64,000 nucleotides of DNA from contig CM022678.1 of NCBI GenBank assembly GCA_012295275.1, positions 6,696,001-6,760,000 of the forward strand. The letters run 5' to 3'. How positions within the stretch are numbered: the first letter of the stretch is position 1; every line of letters starts with the position of its first letter. Shown piece by piece: positions 41,206-55,647 of this stretch. Below the pieces are notes generated by a model. That model did not search any database and was not told where the DNA came from. It worked only from the letters and a program-made list of their open reading frames with translations. Made by a program: the position numbers and the translations under genes. This DNA is from Chrysomallon squamiferum. Taxonomy: Eukaryota; Animalia; Mollusca.

Positions 41206-41775
41206 TATTATTATTATATGTTACACTTAAAAAAACTCTGATAGTATTTGGAACATTCTTCCATCTTTTCTTTTTAATTAAATTATAAATAAATACAAGT
41301 AATTCATATTTATTATTCATTTATTCATTTATTCATTATTGGTATTATTAAGCACCAAAATGGATTATAGTGATTTACTTTTTCGATGATGGTAATGAAT
41401 AATTTTCCTCTAGTGTTTTACAGTAGATCAGAAGAAATGCAATTATTTCTGAATCATATTTATTTTAATATTTGTCATAAACCAATTTTGATTCAAGCAT
41501 TTAAACAATTGATTATCACCAATTGCATTAACAGTATTTGAAGTATTTGTTTTGGATGTGTATGTTTATTTAGTATGTGTCTGTGTGCACTTGTTTGTTG
41601 TTTGTGTTTGTAACGGTGTTAATTCTGAAGTAAAAAAGAATGTAAATTATGAATATATTTATATTTTAAATGTATAAAATAATATATGTCATTGATTTTC
41701 AGTAAAAATAATGTTGGGCTCTTGCCTCAGACCCACAAAGTATCTTGCCAACAAGTATGGAGATTTTACAGCTCA

Positions 41776-41812
<37 letters not shown>

Positions 41813-42979
41813 ATAATAATAAAAAAAAAAAAAAAATTAAAAATTTTTAAGCAAAATATCAGCAGGTTAATTTGAATACTTACTATAGCTATATTGTTAT
41901 GGTAATTAGCAGATACTGTTAGAAATGAGTGTCCTGATATGTAATAGGTTGCAAGATCAAATCTAATCAATCCTTCAGCTTTTCACTTTCCCAATGCACT
42001 TGGCATCTCCCGCTTTTAAACAGACTTGGAAATAACAAAAGACTGGACTCATAAATAAGTGAATTAATTTGGTCAATATATAAATTTATTTATGCAGTAT
42101 ATAATTTATTTCTACAGTCTATAATTTTATCTGAACAGTATATACATTTATTTGTTCAATATTTTTAAGCCTTTTTTTTTCCAGTTAGAAGTACTGTTAT
42201 TTTTAAATATAGAGAATGAATAAAGAATTACAAAAATAGAAATATTTTATTATTATTATTATATTATTATTATTATTATTATTATTATTATGATTATTAT
42301 TATTATTATTATTATTATTAATATTATTATTGTTATTATTATTATCATCTGTACAGCATATAATTAAGGTTAACAGATACATTTTAAAAGAAATTTCTTG
42401 AAAATGATTCTCTGTTTGACTTGTTAATTCTCTTTTACACGACAGAACCAGACTGCTTCAGAATTGTTTTGCCTGCCCTCTCACCGACAATGGAGGTGGG
42501 TACCATCACCACCTGGCAGAAGAAGGAGGGTGACAAGGTATCGGAGGGCGACTTGCTCATGGAAATAGAGACTGACAAAGCAACAATGGGGTTTGAGTCC
42601 CCAGAGGAAGGATACCTGGCTAAAATATTTGTTCCTGCAGGAACAAAGAACGTTCCACTAGGAAAGGTACGAGATCTGACACTCAGAATTTTTAATGCGT
42701 GGTGGGCATGTGTCAGTGTATTCATATAATTTTTGTCATTTACATCACCACTGTAGGAAAGATTTAATGAAAACTAGTGTTGAATATTTTAAATATGAGT
42801 AATGTGTGTGTGTGGGGATATGTTAATGATCTAATACATATCTTTGCATTTTCTTAGTTCATTATTTTCAGCCCTTTTTTTGACTAGTTTTATTTCCTGT
42901 TTGATGTTCAGAATTATTTTTCAAAAAATTTGGGCTCTGCAGTTTTTGTTTATTTTTGCATGCCTACCACACACACACA

Positions 42980-43023
<44 letters not shown>

Positions 43024-43029
43024 TACACA

Positions 43030-43079
<50 letters not shown>

Positions 43080-44446
43080 ACACACACACACACAAACTAC
43101 ACAGACACACACACACACATACACAGAAACACATATACACACACACACACAAACCCTAAACCGACAAAATTGACAAATGCACAAACACATAAATACACAT
43201 ACATGCACTCATGCATGTACATACACATGCACACACATACGCACATACATTTGCAACTAATGTATAAATCACACACACACATATATATATATATTTACTA
43301 TTTCATTTCAGTTGCTGTGTATCATTGTAGCCAATGAGGGTGACATTGCACATTTCAAGGACTACGTCCCCAAACCGGAAGATGACCAGATCCCAACTGG
43401 AGCCAAAGCCCCTGAGGCAGCACCACCAGCACCACCCCCACAGGCCCCTCCCCCTCCAGCAGCCACCCCACCACCACCACCACCACAGGCTCCAGTGAGG
43501 GCGGCGCCTCCAGCTCCTTCTCCACCCACAGGTGCTCCCTCTGCAGGTGGTAGAGTGTTTGCCACACCCTTTGCTAAAACAATGGCAGCTGAGAAAGGAA
43601 TAGATTTGTCAGTGAGTGTTTTAAATAATTTTTTAAAAATATTTTGCATGTTTTTTTTAATAAACAAAAAAAAAAAAAAACTAAAAGAGAAATATATAAA
43701 TAAATAAACATATAAAAAAAATAATTAAAAATTAAAAATTAATAATAAAAAAATTAATAATAAAAAAAATTAATTAAAAATTAAAACCATATATAAATAA
43801 TATATAAATAAATAAATAAATAAATAAATAACAAGAAAAATTCCATTAAAGATAAAACAATTTGAAAAAAAAAAAAAAAAAAAATGACCTGTTGGACTCA
43901 TTTTGATTATTCCTGTATGAAAAATAGTGCTAGCCCTGAAAGGGTTAAATTTCAAATTTAATGTTAAACTGTTGACACTAACCTCACTCAAATTACTCCA
44001 TCCTCCCCCCACAGCTTGTCAGTGGAACTGGACCTGAGGGACAGATTCGCGTGGAAGATGTTTTAAAATTCCAGCCTGGGGCAGCCCCACCCAGTGTCCA
44101 CACCCCTGCAATGCCGGCAGTTCCAGGTGCAGCTTACTCCGACTTATCTTTGACAAATATCAGACAGGTGTGTGAAAATTTTACTTTTATATTAAAAATA
44201 AACTTTAAAAATCTTAGCTGGAATGTATTATTTTACATTTCTAGTTGTGTGCATTGCTGTATACTAATTATTTCTTTTGAACTATCACCATTACAACCAT
44301 TACAACAACAAAAAACAATAAGAATGAAAAAGAAAAAATAATAAAATTTAAGAGAAAAATAATGAATAAACAATAATAATAATAAAATTTAAAAGAAAAA
44401 TAATGAATAAAAAAATTGTTGTAAAAATATAAATGATAAATGTAAA

Positions 44447-44482
<36 letters not shown>

Positions 44483-46816
44483 CAATATTCTGATTAAAGT
44501 TCTGAAATAAATATTGTCTGCCAAAAAATCACAGTTTGTCAAAATGTTTAATTTTTTCCATTCAACATAAAATCACAACAAATTCAAAAAAAGCACAAAA
44601 ACCAAATGAAAAAAAGGCCAAAAATTTTAATAAACAATTTGCAAAAAAAAAAAAAAAAAAAAGGCCATAAATTTTAATAATTAATTTGCATAATTCAAAT
44701 GATAATAATAATAAAACATATATATATATATATGTATATAATTTGAATTACAAGTTAAAAAACATTATTTCATTTTGTAGGTGATTGCAAAACGGCTGAC
44801 TCAGTCTAAACAGACTATTCCTCACTACTATCTCACCATAGATGTCAATGTTGACAAAGTGCTCAAGTATGTAAAATATATTTTTTTAAATTATTTTGAT
44901 TATCATCATCATTTTTTAAATATTTTTTCTTTATCTTTATTTTTTATATATTTTAAATGTTTTATTTTTACTTTAGTTATTTATTTTAAAACATTTTTTT
45001 TCACTTTGATTATTTATTTCAAAATACTTTTATTAATTATCACTTCTTTTTATTATATGGTATCTGAGAACAGTTAAATGTACATATGTTTGTGAGTAAT
45101 TTTTATATTTGTGAATAATGTGTTGTGGATTTGTGAATTATATGTGTGTATATGTGTTGTAGTTGTGTGTTGTGTTTCTGATTGCAGTTAAGTGTTGTGT
45201 TTGTGCATATGTTTGTCTGTTGTATGTGTTGTTTCTTTGTATGTGTGTGAATGAAGTGTACACATGTGTTCTGTGAGGTGTGTACACAGGTAGCCAAAAA
45301 TAATAATTTAGCAATATGAAGGAAAAAAAAAAGACAAAATACATTAGCTTATGGGTCATAATATAAACTATATACATCTGAAATTAACATTAAATTAACA
45401 ATTTTTATTATTATTTATTTTTTTCAGATTAACAAAAGATTTTAATAAATTATATAAAAAATAAAATATATACAACGTTGTCCCAAGTTAATAAAAAATA
45501 CATTGCTTAGGTGTATAATTTAAATTATAAATTTTTTTTTTTTTAATTTTTAATTTATTTTACTTTCAGGCTAAGAAAGGATTTTAACAAATTGTTAGAA
45601 AAAGACAAAATGAAACTGTCGGTCAACGACTTCATAATCAAAGCGTCTGCACTCGCATGTAAGAAGATTCCAGAAGCGAACTCCTCGTGGCAGGAGACGT
45701 TTGTTAGACAGTAAGCAGTTTAAACAGTGCACAGTGCACAGTTCCAGCTAGAACCGCTCAAAATAAACAAGCAGAACGCTGTATAAAAAACAGAACTCTA
45801 AATTACAAACAGAAACCTAAATTACAAACAGAAGTCTAGAATACAAACAAATCTGAATTACAAACAGAAACCTAAATTACAAACAAATCTAGAATACAAA
45901 CAAATCTAAATTACAAACTGAAACCTAAATTACAAACAGATCATAATTACAAACAGAAATCTAGAATAGAAACAGAAGTCTAAATTACAAACAGAAATCT
46001 AGAATACAAACAAATCTAAATTACAAAGAGAAGTCTAAATAACAAACAAAACTCGAAATAAGTACAAAACTTAAAGTGGCAAAAATACAATTTATTGTAC
46101 TGTTGAAGCTGTTTTATTAAAATTGTGTTAGGTTTTTTATTTTTAATTTTTATTTTAATTTAATTTTTTTTATTTTATATATATATATATATTTTTTTTT
46201 TGCTAATAATACATTTTTATTTTGACATTAACAATAAATGGAAGTCAAAATAAATAGCAAAACAAAATTTAAAATTAAAACTTGATATATATTTTTATTT
46301 TACAGATACAATTCAGTAGATATAAATGTTGCTGTTGCTACTGAAAATGGTCTTATCACCCCAATTGTTTTTCATGCAGATGTCAAGGTAAAATTGTCTT
46401 CTTGTTTTTAATGCATTGTTTTCAGTTAGAAGTATTGTTACTTTAAGTATACACAATGAATAAAGAGTTAATATAATAGAAATATTTTATTTTTATTATT
46501 ATTATTTTCTTGTTGTTGTTGAAAAAAGAATGATCATATTTAGAGAATGCAATTTTCAGATATATTTAAAATAAAATATATTAAATACACAACCAAAAAA
46601 ATGTATTGGTGATATAATTGTAAGGATAAAAAACAAATACAGACATACATATACGGACACACACAGACACATCTACACACATACATACCACTATATCTTC
46701 ATAAAATTAAATACACAGCAAAGGAAACTCTATCAATGAGCTAATTATCATAATTTATGACAATAACAGAATAAAATAAAAATATTAATCATATAAATTT
46801 CTTTAATTTGATATTC

Positions 46817-46888
<72 letters not shown>

Positions 46889-47252
46889 ATTATTTTTATT
46901 ATTATTTATTTATTTTTTTTTTTTTTCAGGGTTTAACGACTATCAACCGGGATGTTGTGTCCTTGGCAACAAAGGCCAGGGAAGGCAAACTTCAACCACA
47001 TGAATTTCAAGGTGGCACTTTCACCATCTCTAACCTTGGCATGTTCAGAATAAAACATTTTGCAGCTGTAATTAATCCTCCACAGGTAAAAATAGGTGAC
47101 ATTTGTCCCTGTTAAACATTTTCTTAAACGTTTTTGATTGATTTTTAGATAAATAGAGTTAGACATCTGATATGCAAACACTCCTTGAGTTTATTATGGA
47201 GTCAACAAAAATATCCATTACCTCCAAAAATAGAAAGATAGAGGGTGATTGC

Positions 47253-47307
<55 letters not shown>

Positions 47308-47492
47308 TGGGTGTGGGTGCGGGTGTGTGTTTGTGTGTGTGAAAATATTTTGTATTTAATTTCAGAGCACAAGTAAATGTAATTTTTTCCTTTAAATGTT
47401 TTCTTTAAAACAAACATTATTCCTTTAATATTATTGTATTTTGTTAACTGTTTTATGGTTAGTGGTTTATTAACTATAAATGAATATATATT

Positions 47493-47527
<35 letters not shown>

Positions 47528-48231
47528 TTTTAAAATATAAAATATACATTGAGATATAAAATATATATAAAGAAACCTCTTTAAGCCAGAATAATTTTGT
47601 GGTTAGTGGCTTAATATTAATTTTATATCTATCTATCTGTCTATAAATATATATATAGACCTTGTCTAGCCTGAATAGATTTTTTAATTATTTTATAATA
47701 ATTATAAATGATTTTGAAATATTTTAATTTTTTTATAAAATTAGGCTTGCATCTTAGCAGTTGGTGGATCGGAGCAAAGACTAATTGTTGACGAGAATTC
47801 AGAACAAGGGTTAGTCCTCATTTCTCTTATTTATTCCTCCTTCTCTCCTTTCTTTACAGATTTTGTTTCTCTTTTTTCCCTCTTTAATTTCTTATGATTC
47901 AGTTCTGTTCTTGTCAGTCGTAATCTTGTATTTATAAGTTTGTATTGTTCTTAGTTTTTTCTTCTTTCTTTCATTCATATTTTACTTTTTTCTCTCTCTC
48001 TGCTTTTGTCTGTTTTCTTGCTTTATAAAATGGTTGCAGTGTATTTCTGTTGTCACTGGATGATTGTCTTCTGATTGTTACAGTTAATTTTATATTTTTC
48101 TTTGCTGTTGCTGTTGGTAGGTTATTTTTTTTGATATTTTATATTTATTATTATCATCATAATCATTAGTAATATTTTCATAATTCTCATCTTCACTGTA
48201 ATTATTATCATTACACTGCTTCTTACTTTTG

Positions 48232-48269
<38 letters not shown>

Positions 48270-48694
48270 ATTAATTTTTCCTATTTTTTTTGTATTATTA
48301 TTTTTGTTTTTGTTTTTCTTCTTCTTATTGTTATTATTATTAATTATTATTGTTGTTGTTGTTGTTATTGTTTTTATTGTTATTATTGTTATTATCATTG
48401 TTATTATTATTATTATTATTATAATTATTATATATTATAATTATAATATTATAATAATTTTTCATTTTTTTTTTGTATTATTATTATTTTTGTTTTTATT
48501 TTTCTTCTTCTTGTTATTATTATTATCATTATTATTACTGTTGTTGTTATCGTTGTTGTTGCAGTTTCAGACCGGCGAACATAATGACAGTAACACTGAG
48601 TTGTGACCACAGGGTGGTAGATGGCGCTGTTGGGGCCCAGTGGTTAGCAGAGTTTAAGAGATTGTTAGAGAGGCCAGAAAACATGCTATTGTAA
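40950..48694 (+). CDS. DLAT: Dihydrolipoamide S-acetyltransferase (PDH complex E2), mitochondrial precursor, 11 coding exons, 507 aa
   Basis: Exons: 40950-41065, 41703-41776, 42446-42666, 43312-43611, 44015-44167, 44781-44866, 45570-45710, 46306-46387, 46930-47085, 47745-47809, 48565-48694. Total is 1524 nt including TAA; all GT-AG and phase-compatible. Features in order: Arg-rich, acid-free presequence ending RFYSS; lipoyl domain LPALSPTM...EIETDKAT; Pro/Ala linker; subunit-binding domain RVFATPFAK...GTGPEGQI; catalytic DHRVVDG. The first two exons are less certain than the rest. Confidence 0.95.
45790..46050. repeat. 16-20-bp minisatellite in DLAT intron 7
   Basis: Repeated ctaaattacaaacagaaa / ctagaatacaaacaaat units. 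Confidence 0.85.
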
Positions 48695-49812
48695 AACCTG
48701 TGAGATTAGACACTTACGTTTTACAATTCTTATCATTCTGTTCTTTTTACCTTCTTCCTTTTTTTATTTTCAAGAATTCTTGTGTGAAGATTACAAATCA
48801 TGCAGGTGTGAAATGGTAGGGAAAAAAAAAAAAAAAAAAATGATAATCATAATAATTTAAAATATTAATTTATTGTTTTAAATATTTATTGATTTCTCTA
48901 ATTAATTTTCGTTAATTAGCGTTAAGGTTTTTTAGCTGAAAGAATAAAAGGTACTTTTGAGAAATGGTGATAACAGTTATTTATTCAAATGAAAGATATG
49001 TGTTGTGTTTACAACATCTTGAGTATATTATTTTTTAAGCATGATGCTCATTTTGTTTTAAACATTTAAAAGATAGGTATAGCATCTATAACATCTTTTA
49101 TTTTGGTCTATGGATTTAGATAACTATCTGTTCTTATTTATTGTTTTTCTTCTCCAAATTTTTGTTTACAAACTTAAATCACACACAGGGGCTGGCTAAA
49201 TATAAATGTTTGCATCTAAGATGACTTTGAAACCCTGTTGAAAAAGGCTGCGTAAGATGAGACCTAGTAATATTTTTATTCCTCAGTTTGTGATAATGCA
49301 TGTTTATACCTAAGGCAAAACTCCTAGGATGTTGTTGACTTGATCTTAGGATTCCAGACTCCTTCATTCCCCTGAATCATTTCAACCAAAATTGAAGTTG
49401 TTTAAGCTGTTACTCACTCTCAGTATTTTAAAATGGAATTTAGGTTGCTGAATTGTACTATTCTGAGCTTTTTAAGAGAAAAATTACATCTTCAATTAAT
49501 CTATTAATGTTTAGTATATCTCATTGTGCATCTGTGTGTATATAAACACATCATACCCATAAAGATATGTATACTGATACTATTTATACACTGTGTCCAT
49601 AAAGTACTGTGCATTTTTAATTTTCTGTTATTGAAATTCTAGTTAAGATATCTTTAAAATCTTCGAACTAGCAGAATATTTATTAATACATTTCATATAA
49701 GATATTTTTTCAATAAATAAAATATCACTAAGGATAGAATATAATTTAAGTTCTGATTTTTGCTGTATTCAGTCATGAAAGTTATACACATTTCTTGAAT
49801 AAATACATTTTT

Positions 49813-49849
<37 letters not shown>

Positions 49850-50034
49850 AGACATGTAATTTAAAAAAGAAAAATTTGTTTTAATTTTATTTTATTAATA
49901 TCTTTTTTGTATCCTTTATTTTGAAAACCTTAGTGCTATTATATATTTTAGGAAATCAAAATTGCTACAGTAAGTTTATCACAAAAGGTGAAACCAACAA
50001 TTCCCTATTTCACATTTTTTTTTTTTCTTTGTTA

Positions 50035-50101
50035 GACACCCAAATGTCTTTTTTTTGTGTGTGTGCTGGGGTGCTGTTAAACATTCATTCATTCATTCAT
50101 T
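50035..50101 (+). mobile_element. SINE-like 3' end with (CATT)n tail
   Basis: gacacccaaatgt...gtgctggggtgctgttaaa(catt)n. A related inverted copy lies at 24-67 (reverse complement gacaccaaatgtgct...ttaaac..cattcattc). Confidence 0.35.
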
Positions 50102-51101
50102 TGTTATTCACATAGTTATTCTTTATATCCTACATATAAATAAAATAACTAAAATTTCAAACAGTTTGAGTTAAATATCCTATGAAAGAAAAATCTCAAA
50201 AGAGTGTCTGGTTCATTTTTGTTTGTGGCTCCCCAAAAGTGTTAATTATAATTGCTGGACATTTTTACAAACTGACAGAAGCTCTGGAAGCTTTGATGGG
50301 GGAGATAACTGTGGAGATGCTAAGAGATAACTCTGGATGTTGAAAACTTTAGGTCAGAGGTCAGCAAACTTTTTTTGACCATTGACGTCATAGTGGCATT
50401 TTTTTTTTTATCTCTCATTGTAAAATACGTAAACAAGTATTATCAGTAATAATTTTCTTTATTTAAAAGGAAATTGGCTTTGATAATTTCATCAAAAATA
50501 TTAAAAAGAAAAAGTTTATGTTAATCAACATTTCTTATACTGGTATAACAGTTGCTATAGTTGTGTCTGGTATTTATTGACCCCTTCACATTTTATTGAC
50601 CTCCTGGTTAGTGACATCAAGTGTGGTAATTATATAATGGGAGGTAACTCTAATTGTCTTCCTGTGAAATTTTCACGGAGGTATTAAACTATAATGAAAA
50701 CTAGAATAGCTGCTGTTTTATTCGCTGTGTCAGAAACATCTTTTCAGCGTGAATCAGATGTAATTAAAAAACTTTCTTCTACATAGGCACACGATAGATT
50801 AAATAAATAATTAGTTGCATTTTAATAATCAGTTTTTAATTCTTAATTTAGTTTTATGTAGATCATTTAATATTACGAAATACGAAATATGAAAGATATT
50901 TTAAATTTCATCATGAATCAGGTGATTGGAAAAGATTTTGGTGCACTTTCTGTTTTCTGTGTTTATATATAAAATCTATAAATGTGTGTCTTCATGATAA
51001 ATTACGTATCTTACTGTAACCTTGTCTGAACAAAAATCCATGATTTGTATACAAAATTTGAGTTGATTGTGCGGATAGAAGTGAAATGAAATTCATTATG
51101 T

Positions 51102-51212
<111 letters not shown>

Positions 51213-51937
51213 TTTACATATTATCACGGTGAGCCAAACTGAGATTAAATAAGCACCTTGATAACACTTGAAATATCACTACAAATTGTTCATTAATTCG
51301 GTGGCATACTGGATGAAATATTTTATAATTTTAAATAAATAACAAACAAACAAACAAATAAACAAATAAATAGGAAACTAATTATATAATTAAAACTAAA
51401 TAATTATATTTCTTACATCAAAATAACTTTTTATAATAATATTAATGACTATGTTGATGATGATAAATAAATAACAAAATAAATAAATAAATAAAGGACT
51501 TGACTTTCATTTTTCATCTGTTCCATGTCTTGATGTGTGTTTTGTTAACTTCCTTTCCTTATAGTTAGTTTACAATTGTTTTGTTTGTGAATCACACAGA
51601 ACAATAATACATCTGCACAAAAGTTATTACTGTTAATATACATGCGTCTTATGTATATGTAGAAATAATAATTTAATGTGGAGTATTACATTGTTTTTGT
51701 TGCAGTAGTGTTTACATAGAGAATGTACAGATAATTTAGTAATATTTCGTTTTGCTTGGATCTGAAATTTAGGTTTTGTAGATAATACAAATATACATGT
51801 GATGACATTTATTCTTTTTTTTTTTTTTACAATGATAAAATAAATATAAAATATGTAATTGTTTTTGTTTTTTGTATTTTATTTTTTCAACTTTTTTTTT
51901 TTTTAATTATTTTTACATTTTTACTAGTTTTGTGTAT

Positions 51938-52019
<82 letters not shown>

Positions 52020-53062
52020 ATGACTAGATCAGAAATGACTGTTTAATATTAAGTTTTATTAAAGATATAAATCACAAACTTAAATAGCAACAATAACTAA
52101 ATAATAATAATAAAAATAACAATAATAATAATAATAATAATAATAATAATCAATAAATAATAAATAAATAAAAATAAATCAAACCTGAATAAATGTGAGT
52201 TAACAGAAGAGGTTAAAGGTTAGGCCATTATGACGTCATAGGAATTTACGTAATATAGTGGAACGCTCTAACATTTTGCTATTAGTTCATACGGAATATA
52301 TATATTACCAGAAGAAATATTGTTAAAAACAGATTATGATATTAGGTGAGAGATCGTTTTCAGAAACGGAAACGGCAAGAGTAAAACGGAATATTAAAAA
52401 TGCAGTAATGGAACATACACAAAACAAAAAATCATATGAAACGTCATCAGACATAATTGGATATATACTATATAATGAATTAAAAACAAACAGTTTCAGC
52501 GAAAAAGAGTTAAAGGTAAGATTAAATCTATTTTGTGTTTTGTTTGTAGGATCTATGCATATTTTTATATCGACACAACACATTTAAACGTTCTTTGGTG
52601 TCAAACATTAAATTTCTTGAGCAGAAACCCACTTTTCGCTTTTCCAAGAACTACGCACTGAGTAATTACAGCATTTTTACCTAAAGATGAAAGTATATAT
52701 GTACACACACACATACATACACACACAGACACAAACACACACACACACACACGCACACGCACACGCACACACACACACACACACATATATATCATCTAGG
52801 TGTGGTATCCAAGTCAGAATGGGATATAACCAATGGCCGTACTAAGATAATCACTGACACCTCTTTTATCATCATCATCATCATCATCATCATCAACATC
52901 ATCATCATCATCTCATAATCATCATAATCATCATCATGTTTTTATCACTGCTATTGTTTTTCTTATAACTATCGTTGATAATGATTACGACGAAGTTATT
53001 ATTTATTTTATTTTATTAATAAATGAACACAACACACACACACACACACACATACACACACA

Positions 53063-53153
<91 letters not shown>

Positions 53154-54889
53154 CACACAAGCCTGACTAACTATCTGGCGCCATAGGCAAGGTCAGATTC
53201 TGACGCCCCCAGGAAAATATCAATTTCAAAGTTTATAAACAATAAATAAATAAAATTAAATTTAAAAAAAAAAAAAAAATTATAATTTTTTTTTTTTTAA
53301 ACATTTCAGTAAAGATCAAAGACAATTTAAAAAAAAAAAAATTTAAAAAAAAAAAAAATATATAAAAAAAAAATATCTATCTGTGCTCAAATATCCGGAA
53401 ACCCATAAAAAACAATAACAACACTACTTGATACTATTTTATTTTCAAAATTAAGACAAGAATAAAACTAACATAAAGACAGACATTTGTGATGAACTAA
53501 CAGCGTAATGAACAATTGAACAGACACTCAATACTAATACGCGGTGACACAAAATTTGGCTGAGGTATCAACTTGGTTTCCTGTGGCAAACTGGTTTCGT
53601 AAACGCGTGATTCTAAGGAAAAACTCGTGTCCTATAAATAAAAAAACACGCAAACGTAATTACATCCTGAAAGTTTCGTGTTCACGCGATTTTCACTCAT
53701 TCATTTGGCTTCTTCCGGTCAGTCTGCTGTTTGGGGGTCAGACTGAATCTACCCGAGTATTGGTCCCTGTACGAAATAAACGAGGATAAAAAATAATAAA
53801 TGATCCTTAATAAAACTGAAATTTATTTTATTTATTTTTCAAAACTGTTGTTGATTTGGAGCGAAGCGTTCCCTAGAAATCAGCGCCCTCGGCGGCTGCT
53901 TGGTTTGACTGTGTGCGTGCGTGTGTGCGTGTGTGCGTGCGTACGTGCGTGTGTCTCTGTTGTGTGTGTGTGTGTAATCAGTAAAAACTTTAAATGTAAT
54001 ATATGACTCTCGAGTTTCCTTCTTTAATCATTTCCTATTTTAACTGTCTTTCCCTGTTAATGAAGATTTGTCTCCCTTGATTTCACTCTTCTTCGTTTTT
54101 TTTTGTTTTTTTGGCTCTTCTTTACGTCATTACTAAATGTTTGCATTTTTTCTTTATCACTCGAACATCTATAAACTGAAGATTAACATCTGTTTCACAT
54201 CTAGTTTAACATACTTTAAAAGAATATTTAAAAAAATAAAATGAAAAAAATAAAAATATGCAGTTAATTTTGTTCTTTAAAGCGAATGGTATTCTGAGAG
54301 CTGCAGTGTTTTGGCGGCCATTTTTTTTTTTTTAATATTTTTAAAATCATTTTTATTTTTATATATATATATTTTTTACAAACAACAACTTATTCTGCCA
54401 TTTGGCAACTTTTTGTTTCTTCGTCTGATTGTATTAGGATCATGTTTGAAATTTATAAAAAGCGAAGACAGAGTTCAACAGTAGAAAGAGAAATAAGACT
54501 GGATATATGGATAATTGGACGTTTAATTCTCTCAGATAATATTGTTTATTGTTAATAATTATGCTTGTATAATTGTTTTCCGTTATGACAAATAATTACA
54601 TAGAGAAAAACACACGCACGCACGCACTGACACAACGCACATTATACACATATTCATACAGCAAACGTTAACATACAAATAGCGACATGCGAAAAACAAT
54701 TTCACTTCAAAAGCCATTTGCAAGGTATAATCTAACAGACCAGCAGGAAGGTATTTTTTTATATTCACCACCCCTTTGACAGTAGAATAATATTATCACA
54801 CACTGTAACTAAACAGTCCTGGTCGTCAATAGTGGTCATTGTAATTAAGGAAAATCTCATTTCTGAATTATTTTGGTTGTCTTCTTACA

Positions 54890-54976
54890 TTTTATTTATT
54901 TATTTATTTATTTAAACTTTATCAACAAGTATATATGCAGCTACGTCTTGCATTTACGACTGGTAAGTTACGTTTT

Positions 54977-55018
<42 letters not shown>

Positions 55019-55150
55019 ACTTTATTAACAAGTGTATATGCAGCTACGTCTAGCATTTACGACTGGTACATTTACGTTTTAATTATTTATTTATTTATTT
55101 ATTTGGACAAAACTTTATGAACAAACGTTATGCTCAGCTACGCCAGTAAC
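54890..55150. repeat. Tandem repeat of about 90-100 bp, 2.5 copies
   Basis: (ttta)n-aaacttttat.aacaagt.tatatgcagctacgtct.gcatttacgactggta..ttacgttttaa repeated. Confidence 0.85.
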
Positions 55151-55616
55151 ACATCTGAGGTTCCTCGGACGTAGTTTGTTAATAAGGTTATTAACGACTG
55201 TTTACATACGTTTGATGAAATTACGTTTTTCCCTCCACAATTTGTTAACAATTTGCTTTATACAACACTACGGCAGTTTTACGTCTCACAAATTGGCGTC
55301 TTTCTGACGTAATTTATTAGCCGCAGTTTCGTATCTGCCAAAGTGATTATTTTGTTTTTCTACCCAGTTTTTCGAATATTTTTATAACAAATAAGACAAA
55401 ATTTATATTTGACAGAATGGTGTTTTTTTTTAATTATTATTTCTTTTTGACATTATTTTGTAATAAATTTAAAAGAAGCTACTACAATATTACGTTTGAG
55501 AAAATGACTTTCTTTCGTCGTAATTCTTAACAAATTTACAAAGCATCTGCTGCAATTTTCGGTACGCCAAAGTTTTTTTTTATTTATTTTTTTTTTTTCT
55601 TCTTTTTTGTTCTTTC

Positions 55617-55647
<31 letters not shown>

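Noticed and set aside
50360-50625. hAT-like MITE starting cagaggtcagcaaac
   Set aside because: Only one plausible end, with no matching TIR or 8-bp target-site duplication.
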